IMG/VR virus record: IMGVR_UViG_3300013880_000023
Origin: a virus
Length of the DNA: 20,726 nt
Reading direction: 5' to 3' (one strand)
Shown here: piece after piece, positions 1 through 6,981 of the stretch
How the letters are laid out: each line of letters starts with the position of its first letter
Numbering within the stretch: the first letter of the stretch is position 1
Made by a program: the position numbers and the translations under genes
The notes under the pieces: generated by a model
The model's database searches: none
The model's input: the letters and a program-made list of their open reading frames with translations, nothing else
Told to the model about the DNA's origin: nothing

Positions 1-232
1 GTGCCTTTATTTTTTTATAAAATCCTCTTCTTTCTTTTCTATTGGGTTTTTATAACTGAGTAGTTTGTTTTGTTATCTTATTCTTATTTTTTACCAAGGA
101 GAGATAACTTTTTTTATGGATATCGTTATGATATAGATATATGATAACATCTCTTCTTTTGATTGAGATTTATGATCTATATTTCTATTAACTCTTTTAT
201 TATTTATTACTTTTTTATTATTTTCTATAAAG

Positions 233-408
233 TGTGACAGCTGTGACAGCTGTGACACCTTTTATATGATCGGAATCTGCAAACGAGAACGTATATAAAG
301 GTATGCACATTATATATAACGATATATATATATGGGAAGTCTTTATATATAAGGAAAAACATAGAATAGGATAATATAATCGGTGTCACAGGTGTCACAG
401 CTGTCACA
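233..408. repeat. Inverted iteron-like arrays (3 x TGTGACA[G/C]C at 233-259; 3 x reverse complement at 382-408) around a 122-bp AT-rich spacer; candidate replication origin
   Basis: TGTGACAGC-TGTGACAGC-TGTGACACC and GGTGTCACA-GGTGTCACA-GCTGTCACA read directly; spacer contains TATATATA tracts; right arm is 11 bp from the helicase stop codon. Confidence 0.8.
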
Positions 409-412
409 GGTT

Positions 413-419
413 AAAAAAA
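413..419 (-). terminator. Oligo-T (T7) archaeal-type terminator candidate directly after helicase stop
   Basis: TGA followed by TTTTTTT on the minus strand. Confidence 0.4.
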
Positions 420-1820
420 TCATGATATCCAATTATCCAAATCCTCTTTATCATCGCTATTATCATCTTTTATGTTTATACCTATCGCCACCCTCTTTAA
501 TATGCCATCTACTCTCTTTCTATCTAATTTAACTCGTGGTATATCTCCCAATGTTTTAGAGAACTTATCCTTTGATACAGAATCAACACCATTCTCCTCA
601 CACCAATCCTTATAGTGATTGTAAAGATCTGCTACTACAATCCATAGATCAGGCTTTAGTGTGCATGCTTCATCAACAAATGCCATCGCAGAGTTTGACA
701 TCTTCATAAACTCCAGTTTAATATCCTCTACTCCTTTGCTTAAGGTAAATCTGAAGTTATTGCTCTTCAATCGCTTCAATCCTTCTATGCACCAGTTTAA
801 TATCCCAGGCAGCTCTCCTGCTTCAACAATATTCTTATCGAGATCCTTTATTGTTGCAGGATCGTCATCTAAAAACGTATTTGGAAATTTGATGACGAGC
901 ATCCTCTCCCAGAATGCAGTTGTGTTATCTTTTACTGTTGGAAATCTGTTCCCATGTATGATGAACTTGGCAAAGTTGACAAACCGTATTGGGTTTTGTT
1001 TATTTTTCACCTCGGCATCGACAGTATCACCACCGGTCAACATTTTAAACTCAGTGGTCTCCATCTCTCGTTTTGAGTTTGGCTCTGGTATTATATTCGC
1101 CATCTTTCCATACAAGTTTGCCTTTGAGAACCGGTTATCTCCATATAGTTGGTCTAATGGTACAGAGACATAATTTCCATCCCCAAGCAGATATTTTAAA
1201 ATATTGACAACCGTTGATTTGCCGTTTCTACCCCCTCCGTATAGCCAGAAAGACTTATGCGTTGGCATTGCCGGATACAGGCAGTACCCGAAGAACTCCT
1301 GAAGAACGGGAATATCCTCTTGCTCAACAACCTCTGATATGGTCTTTTTAAACAGAGGGCAGTCAGCCGTGGGATCATACTCCACGTCTATCTTGAAGGT
1401 AAAAATCTTCTCTGGATCAAACGGCTCAATCTCAAACGTCTCAAGATTGATCAATCCATTTTTCACAGGCAGATAGTTTTTATTTTTGTTGAACTCTTCC
1501 CGTGGCACATACGTTGCTCGTTTAATGTGATTGATTATCTCGATAACCAGGTGCGTTGTCGCCTTCTCTTGAAATATCTCCTCGATCTTGTTTTTTATGA
1601 ACGTCTCAGCCTCTCGATATATCCCAGCATCAAAATAATATACCGTCTCCGTATCCTCTGATGTTTTGAAACTATAAATAGAAAAAAGTCGTGCAAGGAT
1701 CTTACCAATATCTGGTCTGTATTTCTCATCCAAGCACAACTCGTCAAGATATTCGTTGCCGTCATAATCCAAAATCCGATCCAAAAACTCGATCTTTTTT
1801 GCCTGCTCTTTCTCATCCAT
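420..1820 (-). CDS. D5/P4-family SF3 replicative helicase (D5_N + SF3 ATPase + C-terminal winged helix), no primase domain
   Basis: D5_N-like 'LPVKNGLINLETFEIEPFDPEKIFTFKIDVEYDP', Walker A 'GGGRNGKST', Walker B-like 'NIIPE', motif C 'FIIHGN', 'FWERMLVIKF', C-terminal 'DLYNHYKDWCEENG'; RBS GAGAGGT; start coupled to upstream stop (TAATG). Confidence 0.92.
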   Translation of the reverse strand: MDEKEQAKKIEFLDRILDYDGNEYLDELCLDEKYRPDIGKILARLFSIYSFKTSEDTETVYYFDAGIYREAETFIKNKIEEIFQEKATTHLVIEIINHIKRATYVPREEFNKNKNYLPVKNGLINLETFEIEPFDPEKIFTFKIDVEYDPTADCPLFKKTISEVVEQEDIPVLQEFFGYCLYPAMPTHKSFWLYGGGRNGKSTVVNILKYLLGDGNYVSVPLDQLYGDNRFSKANLYGKMANIIPEPNSKREMETTEFKMLTGGDTVDAEVKNKQNPIRFVNFAKFIIHGNRFPTVKDNTTAFWERMLVIKFPNTFLDDDPATIKDLDKNIVEAGELPGILNWCIEGLKRLKSNNFRFTLSKGVEDIKLEFMKMSNSAMAFVDEACTLKPDLWIVVADLYNHYKDWCEENGVDSVSKDKFSKTLGDIPRVKLDRKRVDGILKRVAIGINIKDDNSDDKEDLDNWIS

Positions 1821-2014
1821 TACCTCTCCCCTCTCTCCCGATCAACAACCATTTGACAGAGATCTTTTACGATCTCACCGTTTTTAGATGATACTTTGCC
1901 GGTACGCATCTCATCTGCAATCTCACCTGCCTTTTTCTTCATCAGATACGATAATGCCCATAAAAACTCACCATCATTCAACCACTCATCTTCATCGTTT
2001 TTATTGTTTGCCAT
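1820..2014 (-). CDS. Hypothetical protein, 64 aa, translationally coupled to the helicase
   Basis: RBS GAGGT upstream; stop overlaps helicase ATG. Confidence 0.8.
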   Translation of the reverse strand: MANNKNDEDEWLNDGEFLWALSYLMKKKAGEIADEMRTGKVSSKNGEIVKDLCQMVVDRERGER

Positions 2015-2017
2015 ATT

Positions 2018-2368
2018 TTACCTCCCTCTTGTTTTATCAAAGCTTGTTTCATCAAGATGTTCTGCTTGTATTAGTGCAGCAAAACATGCCATACAAATAA
2101 AACCAACAAACATTGCTAACAGACATGCCACTGCAAACCCATTCATCCAATGCAACGGCTCATTCATGTTAAAAACCGTTTTTTCCTCTATTGGCACATG
2201 GATAGATCCTATCTCGTTACCTGCATCATCAAACATCATTGCATTACCATAGATAATCTCCGTCGTCCTATCTGACTGAAGATTGTCTAATGCAGACGCA
2301 CCAAATCCAAGAAAGCCTGCCACAAACACTATACTAGATACTACAAGCCATATGGTGTTTTTATCCAT
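2018..2368 (-). CDS. Hypothetical membrane protein, 116 aa, two hydrophobic segments
   Basis: RBS GGAGGT; N-terminal 'IWLVVSSIVFVAGFLGFGA' and C-terminal 'FAVACLLAMFVGFICMACFAALI'. Confidence 0.8.
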   Translation of the reverse strand: MDKNTIWLVVSSIVFVAGFLGFGASALDNLQSDRTTEIIYGNAMMFDDAGNEIGSIHVPIEEKTVFNMNEPLHWMNGFAVACLLAMFVGFICMACFAALIQAEHLDETSFDKTRGR

Positions 2369-2407
2369 TTTATTACCTCCAACATGTTTTAATTGGTCAT
2401 TTTTTCC

Positions 2408-2767
2408 TCATCTCACCTCAAACTTTGATAGGCACATCGCACCGAGTATTCTTCCGCTCTCATCTCTGACAACCTCACCCATGCAATAGATATCATCCCG
2501 GCAGAGTATTTTTGCGACAGGATAAGACGTGAGATAAATCGTCTCATCCTCTCGCTCCGGTATTGATTTTACTTCTCTATACTCATACTCATACACCTCT
2601 ATCTCTTGCCCGTCATACTCGACAATCTCAGATAGTAGTTTGTTCTCTTTACACCGAATCACTTTGCCAGATGGAGGGACAATTATATTCCCGATTGTGA
2701 TCTCATGTTTAGTCAAATTTACAATCCTTCTCACCCGTCTCCGTTGTATCTCGTTCGCAATTCTCAT
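2408..2767 (-). CDS. NLTxH-motif protein, 119 aa; possible ring-nuclease (Crn4-like) family member
   Basis: Start moved to ATG 2767 behind GAGGAGG; motifs 'NLTKHEI', 'PPSG', 'IP..E..IYLTS..VA', 'VVRDESGRILG' match a widespread MGE family; the functional label is from memory and unverified. Confidence 0.6.
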   Translation of the reverse strand: MRIANEIQRRRVRRIVNLTKHEITIGNIIVPPSGKVIRCKENKLLSEIVEYDGQEIEVYEYEYREVKSIPEREDETIYLTSYPVAKILCRDDIYCMGEVVRDESGRILGAMCLSKFEVR

Positions 2768-2894
2768 TTGTATCCTCCTCAAGTATTATTACTATGCAGG
2801 ATTTCCCTGCATAGGTTTTAAACCCGTTGATATGCCCGTACTTATCTACTTTGCACGCTATTGCCTCTTTCACATTCTCAAATATTGCTCTCAT
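2709..2894 (-). CDS. Small protein, 61 aa, resembling DUF2080/AbrB-like archaeal MGE proteins
   Basis: RBS GGAGGT; 'KVDKYGHI..FKTYAGKSCIVIIL' pattern; overlaps the next gene by 59 bp. Confidence 0.5.
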   Translation of the reverse strand: MRAIFENVKEAIACKVDKYGHINGFKTYAGKSCIVIILEEDTNENCERDTTETGEKDCKFD

Positions 2895-3022
2895 TTTTAA
2901 CCTCCATTTTTATTTTTATATTATCATCTCCTCTAAAGTTAGCAATCTCGTCTCGATCTCCTGTAGCTTTCTCTCCAGCCGATCTATTTTTTGTTCTAAA
3001 CTCCAATACTCATACTCCATTT

Positions 3023-3337
3023 TTAGATCACTCCAGTCGATCTAAGGAACTCCATCACGCCATAATAATCGTCCTCTTCCCAGCGTGAGTTATCGATCGT
3101 GCTCGTTTTCATAGATAGGTGCACCGTCTCACCCCTCCAGTTTCCGATGCTCCATTGTGCCGTCTCTTTATCATGGTTGACCATGATATCGAGCACAAGG
3201 CTTTCTTTTTCATCCTCGTCTAACAGTCCTAAAAATTCCAGCATCCCAGCATCCTGGCTGAAATATTCACTTGCTATCTCAGCCCCGAAGAAGCTGAAAT
3301 ATTCAACCTCCCGCATATTTATTTCTTTTTCATTCAT
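3023..3337 (-). CDS. Acidic hypothetical protein, 104 aa
   Basis: RBS GGAGGT; D/E-rich sequence. Confidence 0.8.
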   Translation of the reverse strand: MNEKEINMREVEYFSFFGAEIASEYFSQDAGMLEFLGLLDEDEKESLVLDIMVNHDKETAQWSIGNWRGETVHLSMKTSTIDNSRWEEDDYYGVMEFLRSTGVI

Positions 3338-3355
3338 TTTTTTATACCTCCAATT

Positions 3356-3565
3356 TTAATCATCCTCATGTCGCCACGCAAAGATTGATCGTGTGTAAAA
3401 CTCTATATTAAATTGGACACTCATTTCAAAGTTTTGTCTTTCTTCATCGTTTAATTCCTGCATTTTTTTCAATATTATGGCCTCGCCCAATTTTTCGAAA
3501 AGGGCATAAGATTGTGACCAATCAAGGTCGCATTCAAAATGTTGTTCTATCTTGTCCATTTTCAC
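3356..3565 (-). CDS. Hypothetical protein, 69 aa
   Basis: Start overlaps upstream stop by 4 bp; same strand as operon. Confidence 0.7.
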   Translation of the reverse strand: MKMDKIEQHFECDLDWSQSYALFEKLGEAIILKKMQELNDEERQNFEMSVQFNIEFYTRSIFAWRHEDD

Positions 3566-3828
3566 ACCTTCGTGTTTCTCTGTTTGATAGAGAGAGCTTC
3601 TGCCCCCTCTATTTCGGCGATGGTTTCATCTTGCAGAACGCTCTGATATCTCCTTAAAAAAGCGATCATTCTGTTTGCTCTTTCTTCTTGATTTTCAGCA
3701 TCTCCGAATATTTCGATCTCATCATCTGAATTAACCCATCCATCTTTTTGCATATCTACAATTACCTCCTCTTTCTCTACTGCAACACCATCGACTTCAC
3801 TTACGGTTTTTATTTCATTTGCTTTCAT
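3562..3828 (-). CDS. Acidic hypothetical protein, 88 aa
   Basis: RBS GGAGGTG. Confidence 0.8.
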   Translation of the reverse strand: MKANEIKTVSEVDGVAVEKEEVIVDMQKDGWVNSDDEIEIFGDAENQEERANRMIAFLRRYQSVLQDETIAEIEGAEALSIKQRNTKV

Positions 3829-3876
3829 TTTACACCTCCATTTTTGTTTTTTTTTCTAAAAATAAATAATAGAGAG

Positions 3877-4029
3877 TTAGATTATTTTTTCCATCTCTCT
3901 ATATGCCATTCTTGCTTTATGGTCTGCTAAATTCTGGTTTTTATTTCTTATCCCCTTAATCCTTTCGTAATCTATTGTGTCTATTATTCCATTTATCATT
4001 TCCCAGCTTTTTATTTCTTTTTCATCCAT
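3877..4029 (-). CDS. Hypothetical protein, 50 aa (MDEKEIKSWEMINGIIDTIDYERIKGIRNKNQNLADHKARMAYREMEKII); first gene of leftward operon
   Basis: Translated by hand; RBS GGAGG; not in ORF track (<60 aa). Confidence 0.75.
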   Translation of the reverse strand: MDEKEIKSWEMINGIIDTIDYERIKGIRNKNQNLADHKARMAYREMEKII

Positions 4030-4256
4030 TTTTATTGCCTCCAATTTACACTACAACCTATGGGTATATATAGTTTTGCTTTATTAAAACTTATGTATAT
4101 ACTCACAAGCATTAATAGAACTTATGGGTATATATATCTATCTATTTAAAAAAATAAAAGATTTTAAAATCTGGTGATGTTATCTTATGGTGATATGGTA
4201 ACGTGTAGATGTTAAAGTGTTATCTTTATATCCATAAATGACTGTATAAGATAACA
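4030..4256. promoter_or_regulatory. Divergent promoter region between early operon and recombinase, with repeated motifs
   Basis: AAC(C/T)TATGGGTATATATA at 4055-4072 and 4119-4136, partial copy 4088-4101; TGTTATCTTAT at 4178-4188 and inverted at 4246-4256. Confidence 0.6.
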
Positions 4257-4817
4257 ATGAGCTGGGATAAAAGATTGGATTTTGATGAATGGGATCTGAG
4301 GTTCAAGAAGGATATGCACGATCTTGCGAAAGAGAAAGAATATAACGAATTGAAGAAGAGACCTGTACCGGCAACAGTTCTTACCCGTCTTCTTTATACT
4401 TCAATTCTCTTGACTCAGATAGAGAACGGTTCAAGGATATCAGAGGCTGTTGAGGCGGTCTTGAGTTTCAAAAATAACAATGAGAGAATACAAAAGATAA
4501 GGGCACGGAAACGTAAAAAACTGAGCAAGGGCAAAGATGTTGATGTCCTGATAAAGATACCATCTGCCGTAAAAAAACAATATTTAGATCTGGATTATCC
4601 ATTTGAGAAAACATTGAACGGTGTAAAGATATTTGCAGTCCGTTATTACAAGATAAACACGCATTCGCTAAGATATTCTTGGATCGCAAAGATGGGTCGT
4701 GAAGGTATACCTACAAACCTGATCTCCAAAGCTATAAGGCATACGAACATCCAGACGATAGAAAACTATACTGCTGAGGATGAAGCCGACACGATAAAGA
4801 TGAATTTCATAAAATAA
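4257..4817 (+). CDS. Tyrosine recombinase/integrase, catalytic domain only (186 aa)
   Basis: Catalytic residues in order: 'GSRISEA' (R), 'RKRKK' (K), 'HSLR' (H-x-x-R), 'IRHTN' (H), 'ENY' (Y). Confidence 0.9.
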   Translation: MSWDKRLDFDEWDLRFKKDMHDLAKEKEYNELKKRPVPATVLTRLLYTSILLTQIENGSRISEAVEAVLSFKNNNERIQKIRARKRKKLSKGKDVDVLIKIPSAVKKQYLDLDYPFEKTLNGVKIFAVRYYKINTHSLRYSWIAKMGREGIPTNLISKAIRHTNIQTIENYTAEDEADTIKMNFIK

Positions 4818-4837
4818 AAAACAGATAAGTATATATA

Positions 4838-4859
4838 ATAATACTAATATTAGTATTAT
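4838..4859. repeat. Perfect 22-bp palindrome ATAATACTAATATTAGTATTAT
   Basis: Base pairing checked position by position; lies 20 bp after the recombinase stop. Confidence 0.9.
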
Positions 4860-4873
4860 ATAGGGAATAAAAT

Positions 4874-4996
4874 ATGGTGTTGCTAAAATGCAAAAAATGC
4901 GGAAAAGAATGGGACTATACTGGAACAAAGTCAGTATATGCCACGTGCCCGGACTGTCGTGCGTTGGTTAAAATAGAAACAAAAAAGGAGGCGTAA
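4874..4996 (+). CDS. Zinc-finger microprotein, 40 aa (MVLLKCKKCGKEWDYTGTKSVYATCPDCRALVKIETKKEA)
   Basis: CxxC...CPxC with the W-x-Y-x-G spacer typical of archaeal virus Zn fingers; translated by hand. Confidence 0.85.
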   Translation: MVLLKCKKCGKEWDYTGTKSVYATCPDCRALVKIETKKEA

Positions 4997-5002
4997 AGCA
5001 AT

Positions 5003-5056
5003 ATGGGTAATATAATGTCAATGTTAGGTTTTATCTTTGCACCACTACAAAAATAG
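5003..5056 (+). CDS. 17-aa hydrophobic peptide MGNIMSMLGFIFAPLQK
   Basis: RBS GGAGG at 4987-4991; similar to the peptide at 5931 (MSM[LV]G...AP[LV]Q). Confidence 0.5.
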   Translation: MGNIMSMLGFIFAPLQK

Positions 5057-5074
5057 ATAAAAGGAGATGAAAAA

Positions 5075-5320
5075 ATGGTGGATGAATCAGATAATAAAAA
5101 AAAGAGGATAGTTACAAAAAATAAAGATGCTGAGAAAATATCTGATAAACCCCTATATGAAGGAGGTAAACCTAAATGGAAAATGACAACTTTAAAAGTG
5201 GAGACGTTGAAGAAAGTAGACCAGATAAAAGTAGACCTGATAAAGATAGGCATAAAGAAAGTAGACCCGATGAAAGTAACGCTGAAAGAATGCCACCGTA
5301 TAGATATGAAAAGATTGTAA
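5075..5320 (+). CDS. Basic protein, 81 aa, possible ribbon-helix-helix-like DNA binder
   Basis: RBS AGGAG; 'MTTLKVETLKKVDQIK' resembles archaeal RHH N-termini (weak). Confidence 0.55.
   Translation: MVDESDNKKKRIVTKNKDAEKISDKPLYEGGKPKWKMTTLKVETLKKVDQIKVDLIKIGIKKVDPMKVTLKECHRIDMKRL
5213..5287 (+). repeat. Five in-register 15-bp units, consensus AAAGTAGACCNGATA (three close, two degenerate)
   Basis: 5213 AAAGTAGACCAGATA; 5228 AAAGTAGACCTGATA; 5243 AAGATAGGCATAAAG; 5258 AAAGTAGACCCGATG; 5273 AAAGTAACGCTGAAA. Confidence 0.8.
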
Positions 5321-5331
5321 GAGGTGAGATA

Positions 5332-5646
5332 ATGGAGAAGAAGAATTTAGAGGATGTATATAGGGAAAGTTTTCAACAGATGATGTTGACAGACAAGTTG
5401 ATACTAGAAGGACAAGACTATATAGCAAATATGAATCCAATAGATCGGATTTTGAAACCCATATCAGAATTGGATCCTAATGAACCATTGAGAAAGAATG
5501 CAATTGATAAACTTCAGTCTATGATGATAGATTGGCTTGATACTTATGCTGATATGTTGAAAGAGGGGCGAAATTTACCGAAAGATCTAATTGGAGAGGC
5601 AGCAGATCTAGCAAAGAGACAAAGAGAGAAACTGAAAGATGAATAG
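5332..5646 (+). CDS. Hypothetical helical protein, 104 aa (alternative in-frame start 5176 gives 156 aa)
   Basis: RBS GAGGTG before ATG 5332; AGGAGGT also precedes ATG 5176. Confidence 0.75.
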   Translation: MEKKNLEDVYRESFQQMMLTDKLILEGQDYIANMNPIDRILKPISELDPNEPLRKNAIDKLQSMMIDWLDTYADMLKEGRNLPKDLIGEAADLAKRQREKLKDE

Positions 5647-5890
5647 AGCTGAACATATAGCTGTAGACAATTTACTGTTAGGATATTCAATACAAGATGT
5701 TCATGAGTATATGGATTTAGCTGTAAAATGGCTTGGTGCTGGTCATCGCTCTATTCGGCATAACATAAACACGGTTGATGCAGCGAAGATATTGTTTGGT
5801 AATGAGGCAGGGTATATTGCTCTACTTCATCTACTTATAGATAATAAAATTGTAGATGTTGAGTTTTTAAAAAAACTAATAAAGAGTTAA
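5639..5890 (+). CDS. His/Asp-motif protein, 83 aa, probable metal-binding (DUF6915-like pattern)
   Basis: 'EH...DVHEYMD...GHRSIRH...FG...ALLHLLID' spacing; overlaps upstream stop. Confidence 0.65.
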   Translation: MNRAEHIAVDNLLLGYSIQDVHEYMDLAVKWLGAGHRSIRHNINTVDAAKILFGNEAGYIALLHLLIDNKIVDVEFLKKLIKS

Positions 5891-5930
5891 ATTATTACAA
5901 ATAAATAATAGAAAAGGAGGTAATTAAAAA

Positions 5931-6014
5931 ATGGATACAATGATGAGCATGGTTGGTCAGATGTGTATGGCACCTGTCCAACTAATACTGAACTTGATGA
6001 AAACAGTATTCTAA
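5931..6014 (+). CDS. 27-aa amphipathic peptide MDTMMSMVGQMCMAPVQLILNLMKTVF
   Basis: Strong RBS AGGAGGT; translated by hand; paralogue at 5003. Confidence 0.75.
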   Translation: MDTMMSMVGQMCMAPVQLILNLMKTVF

Positions 6015-6307
6015 ATTGATTGTGTATGATCAAAACATTTATATAGCCAATCGGTTAAGTTAATATTGCGTGATTATAATCATGCCGGATAGAGCCTCTC
6101 CAAAAGTATATTTTACCCGCTATTTTTTTATTTTTCTATTTTCATATTTTTTATATCTTGTATTGGTTTTAATAGAATCATAGAGGCATCAAAAACGATC
6201 GATAATGATGGCTCGTGTATGTTTTATCACGGTTTATTTTAGATGATGTATATTTACGTTTTTTAATATGGATTTAATAGAAAAGATTAAAAAAAAATAA
6301 AAAGTTT

Positions 6308-6595
6308 TTAAATTCTAATTGCTTGTACCGTGCTCATGCCTGTCGATCCACCAGCAGCAGATCCGCACAACGCCAATATCGGGCTACACACCGTAACAAT
6401 CGTATCAGTCATGCAACCAACCACCGCTCCTATTCCTCCTCCGATAAATGCTGGTATTATTGTTGGTAAACAACAAAAACACAAGTTTAGTGGTCCACAA
6501 CATATACCGAGCAGTCCCAATGGAGTTCCTGCTAATCCACAACCTATTGTTGCAAGCGCATCATCGTTTTTAAACAATTCTCTAATATGTCTCAT
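6308..6595 (-). CDS. Cys/Gly-rich hydrophobic protein, 95 aa, with MRHIRELFKNDDA leader
   Basis: RBS AGGAGTG; multiple Cys including CC pairs; leader nearly identical to that of 11052-11207. Confidence 0.85.
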   Translation of the reverse strand: MRHIRELFKNDDALATIGCGLAGTPLGLLGICCGPLNLCFCCLPTIIPAFIGGGIGAVVGCMTDTIVTVCSPILALCGSAAGGSTGMSTVQAIRI

Positions 6596-6639
6596 TTTAT
6601 TATCACTCCTTATTTTATCTTATTAATATTTAATACTAT

Positions 6640-6972
6640 TTATTTTTTCTTATGGAGATCAAAGAAATACTTTGCATCTTTCTCAGCCTCTCTTTTTGTC
6701 TCTCGATCAGTCGTAACGTTTGAAAGAGCCTGTAACGCTCTGGCAGTTGCAAGAGCATCTCCGCCATGAGCCCGTAATGCGTTCCTTCTTCTTTCGGCAA
6801 CAGGCATATCTTTAGACCAGTTCATCGTAGTTGTTGGTTTATACCATTTTTTACTTTTAGGCGTCCGTCCCGGTCTCCCTCGATCTTCTACTTTATATGT
6901 AGCAGGGGGCACATACGTCCCATCTTTTCTATGATACCCTTTTCTGTGAACGGTTAGTTTTTTTCGTGCCAT
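6640..6972 (-). CDS. Highly basic protein, 110 aa, candidate genome-condensing/virion core protein
   Basis: K/R-rich; 'KGYHRKDGTYV' motif; located in structural region. Confidence 0.8.
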   Translation of the reverse strand: MARKKLTVHRKGYHRKDGTYVPPATYKVEDRGRPGRTPKSKKWYKPTTTMNWSKDMPVAERRRNALRAHGGDALATARALQALSNVTTDRETKREAEKDAKYFFDLHKKK

Positions 6973-6981
6973 CTTAAATCA
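6929..6981. repeat. 53-bp perfect direct repeat, copy 1 (start of the 110-aa gene)
   Basis: CTATGATACCCTTTTCTGTGAACGGTTAGTTTTTTTCGTGCCATCTTAAATCA identical at 7557-7609. Confidence 0.95.

Noticed and set aside
91-150. 19-aa minus-strand ORF MLSYIYIITISIKKVISPW
   Set aside because: No convincing RBS, lies in AT-rich terminal intergenic DNA, no paralogy to the peptide families
225-407. 60-aa minus-strand ORF
   Set aside because: Runs through the iteron arrays and AT-rich spacer; its repeats merely translate the DNA repeats; no RBS
661-2900. Plus-strand ORFs opposite the helicase/early operon (661, 1691, 1888, 1896, 2283, 2640 etc.)
   Set aside because: Antisense shadows of well-supported minus-strand genes; no RBS or motifs
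4257-4817. tRNA-derived attP inside the recombinase (GGTTCAAG occurs twice)
   Set aside because: No T-arm stem or acceptor-stem context around either occurrence
5213-5287. Mini CRISPR array
   Set aside because: Units are contiguous 15-mers without unique spacers and lie in coding sequence
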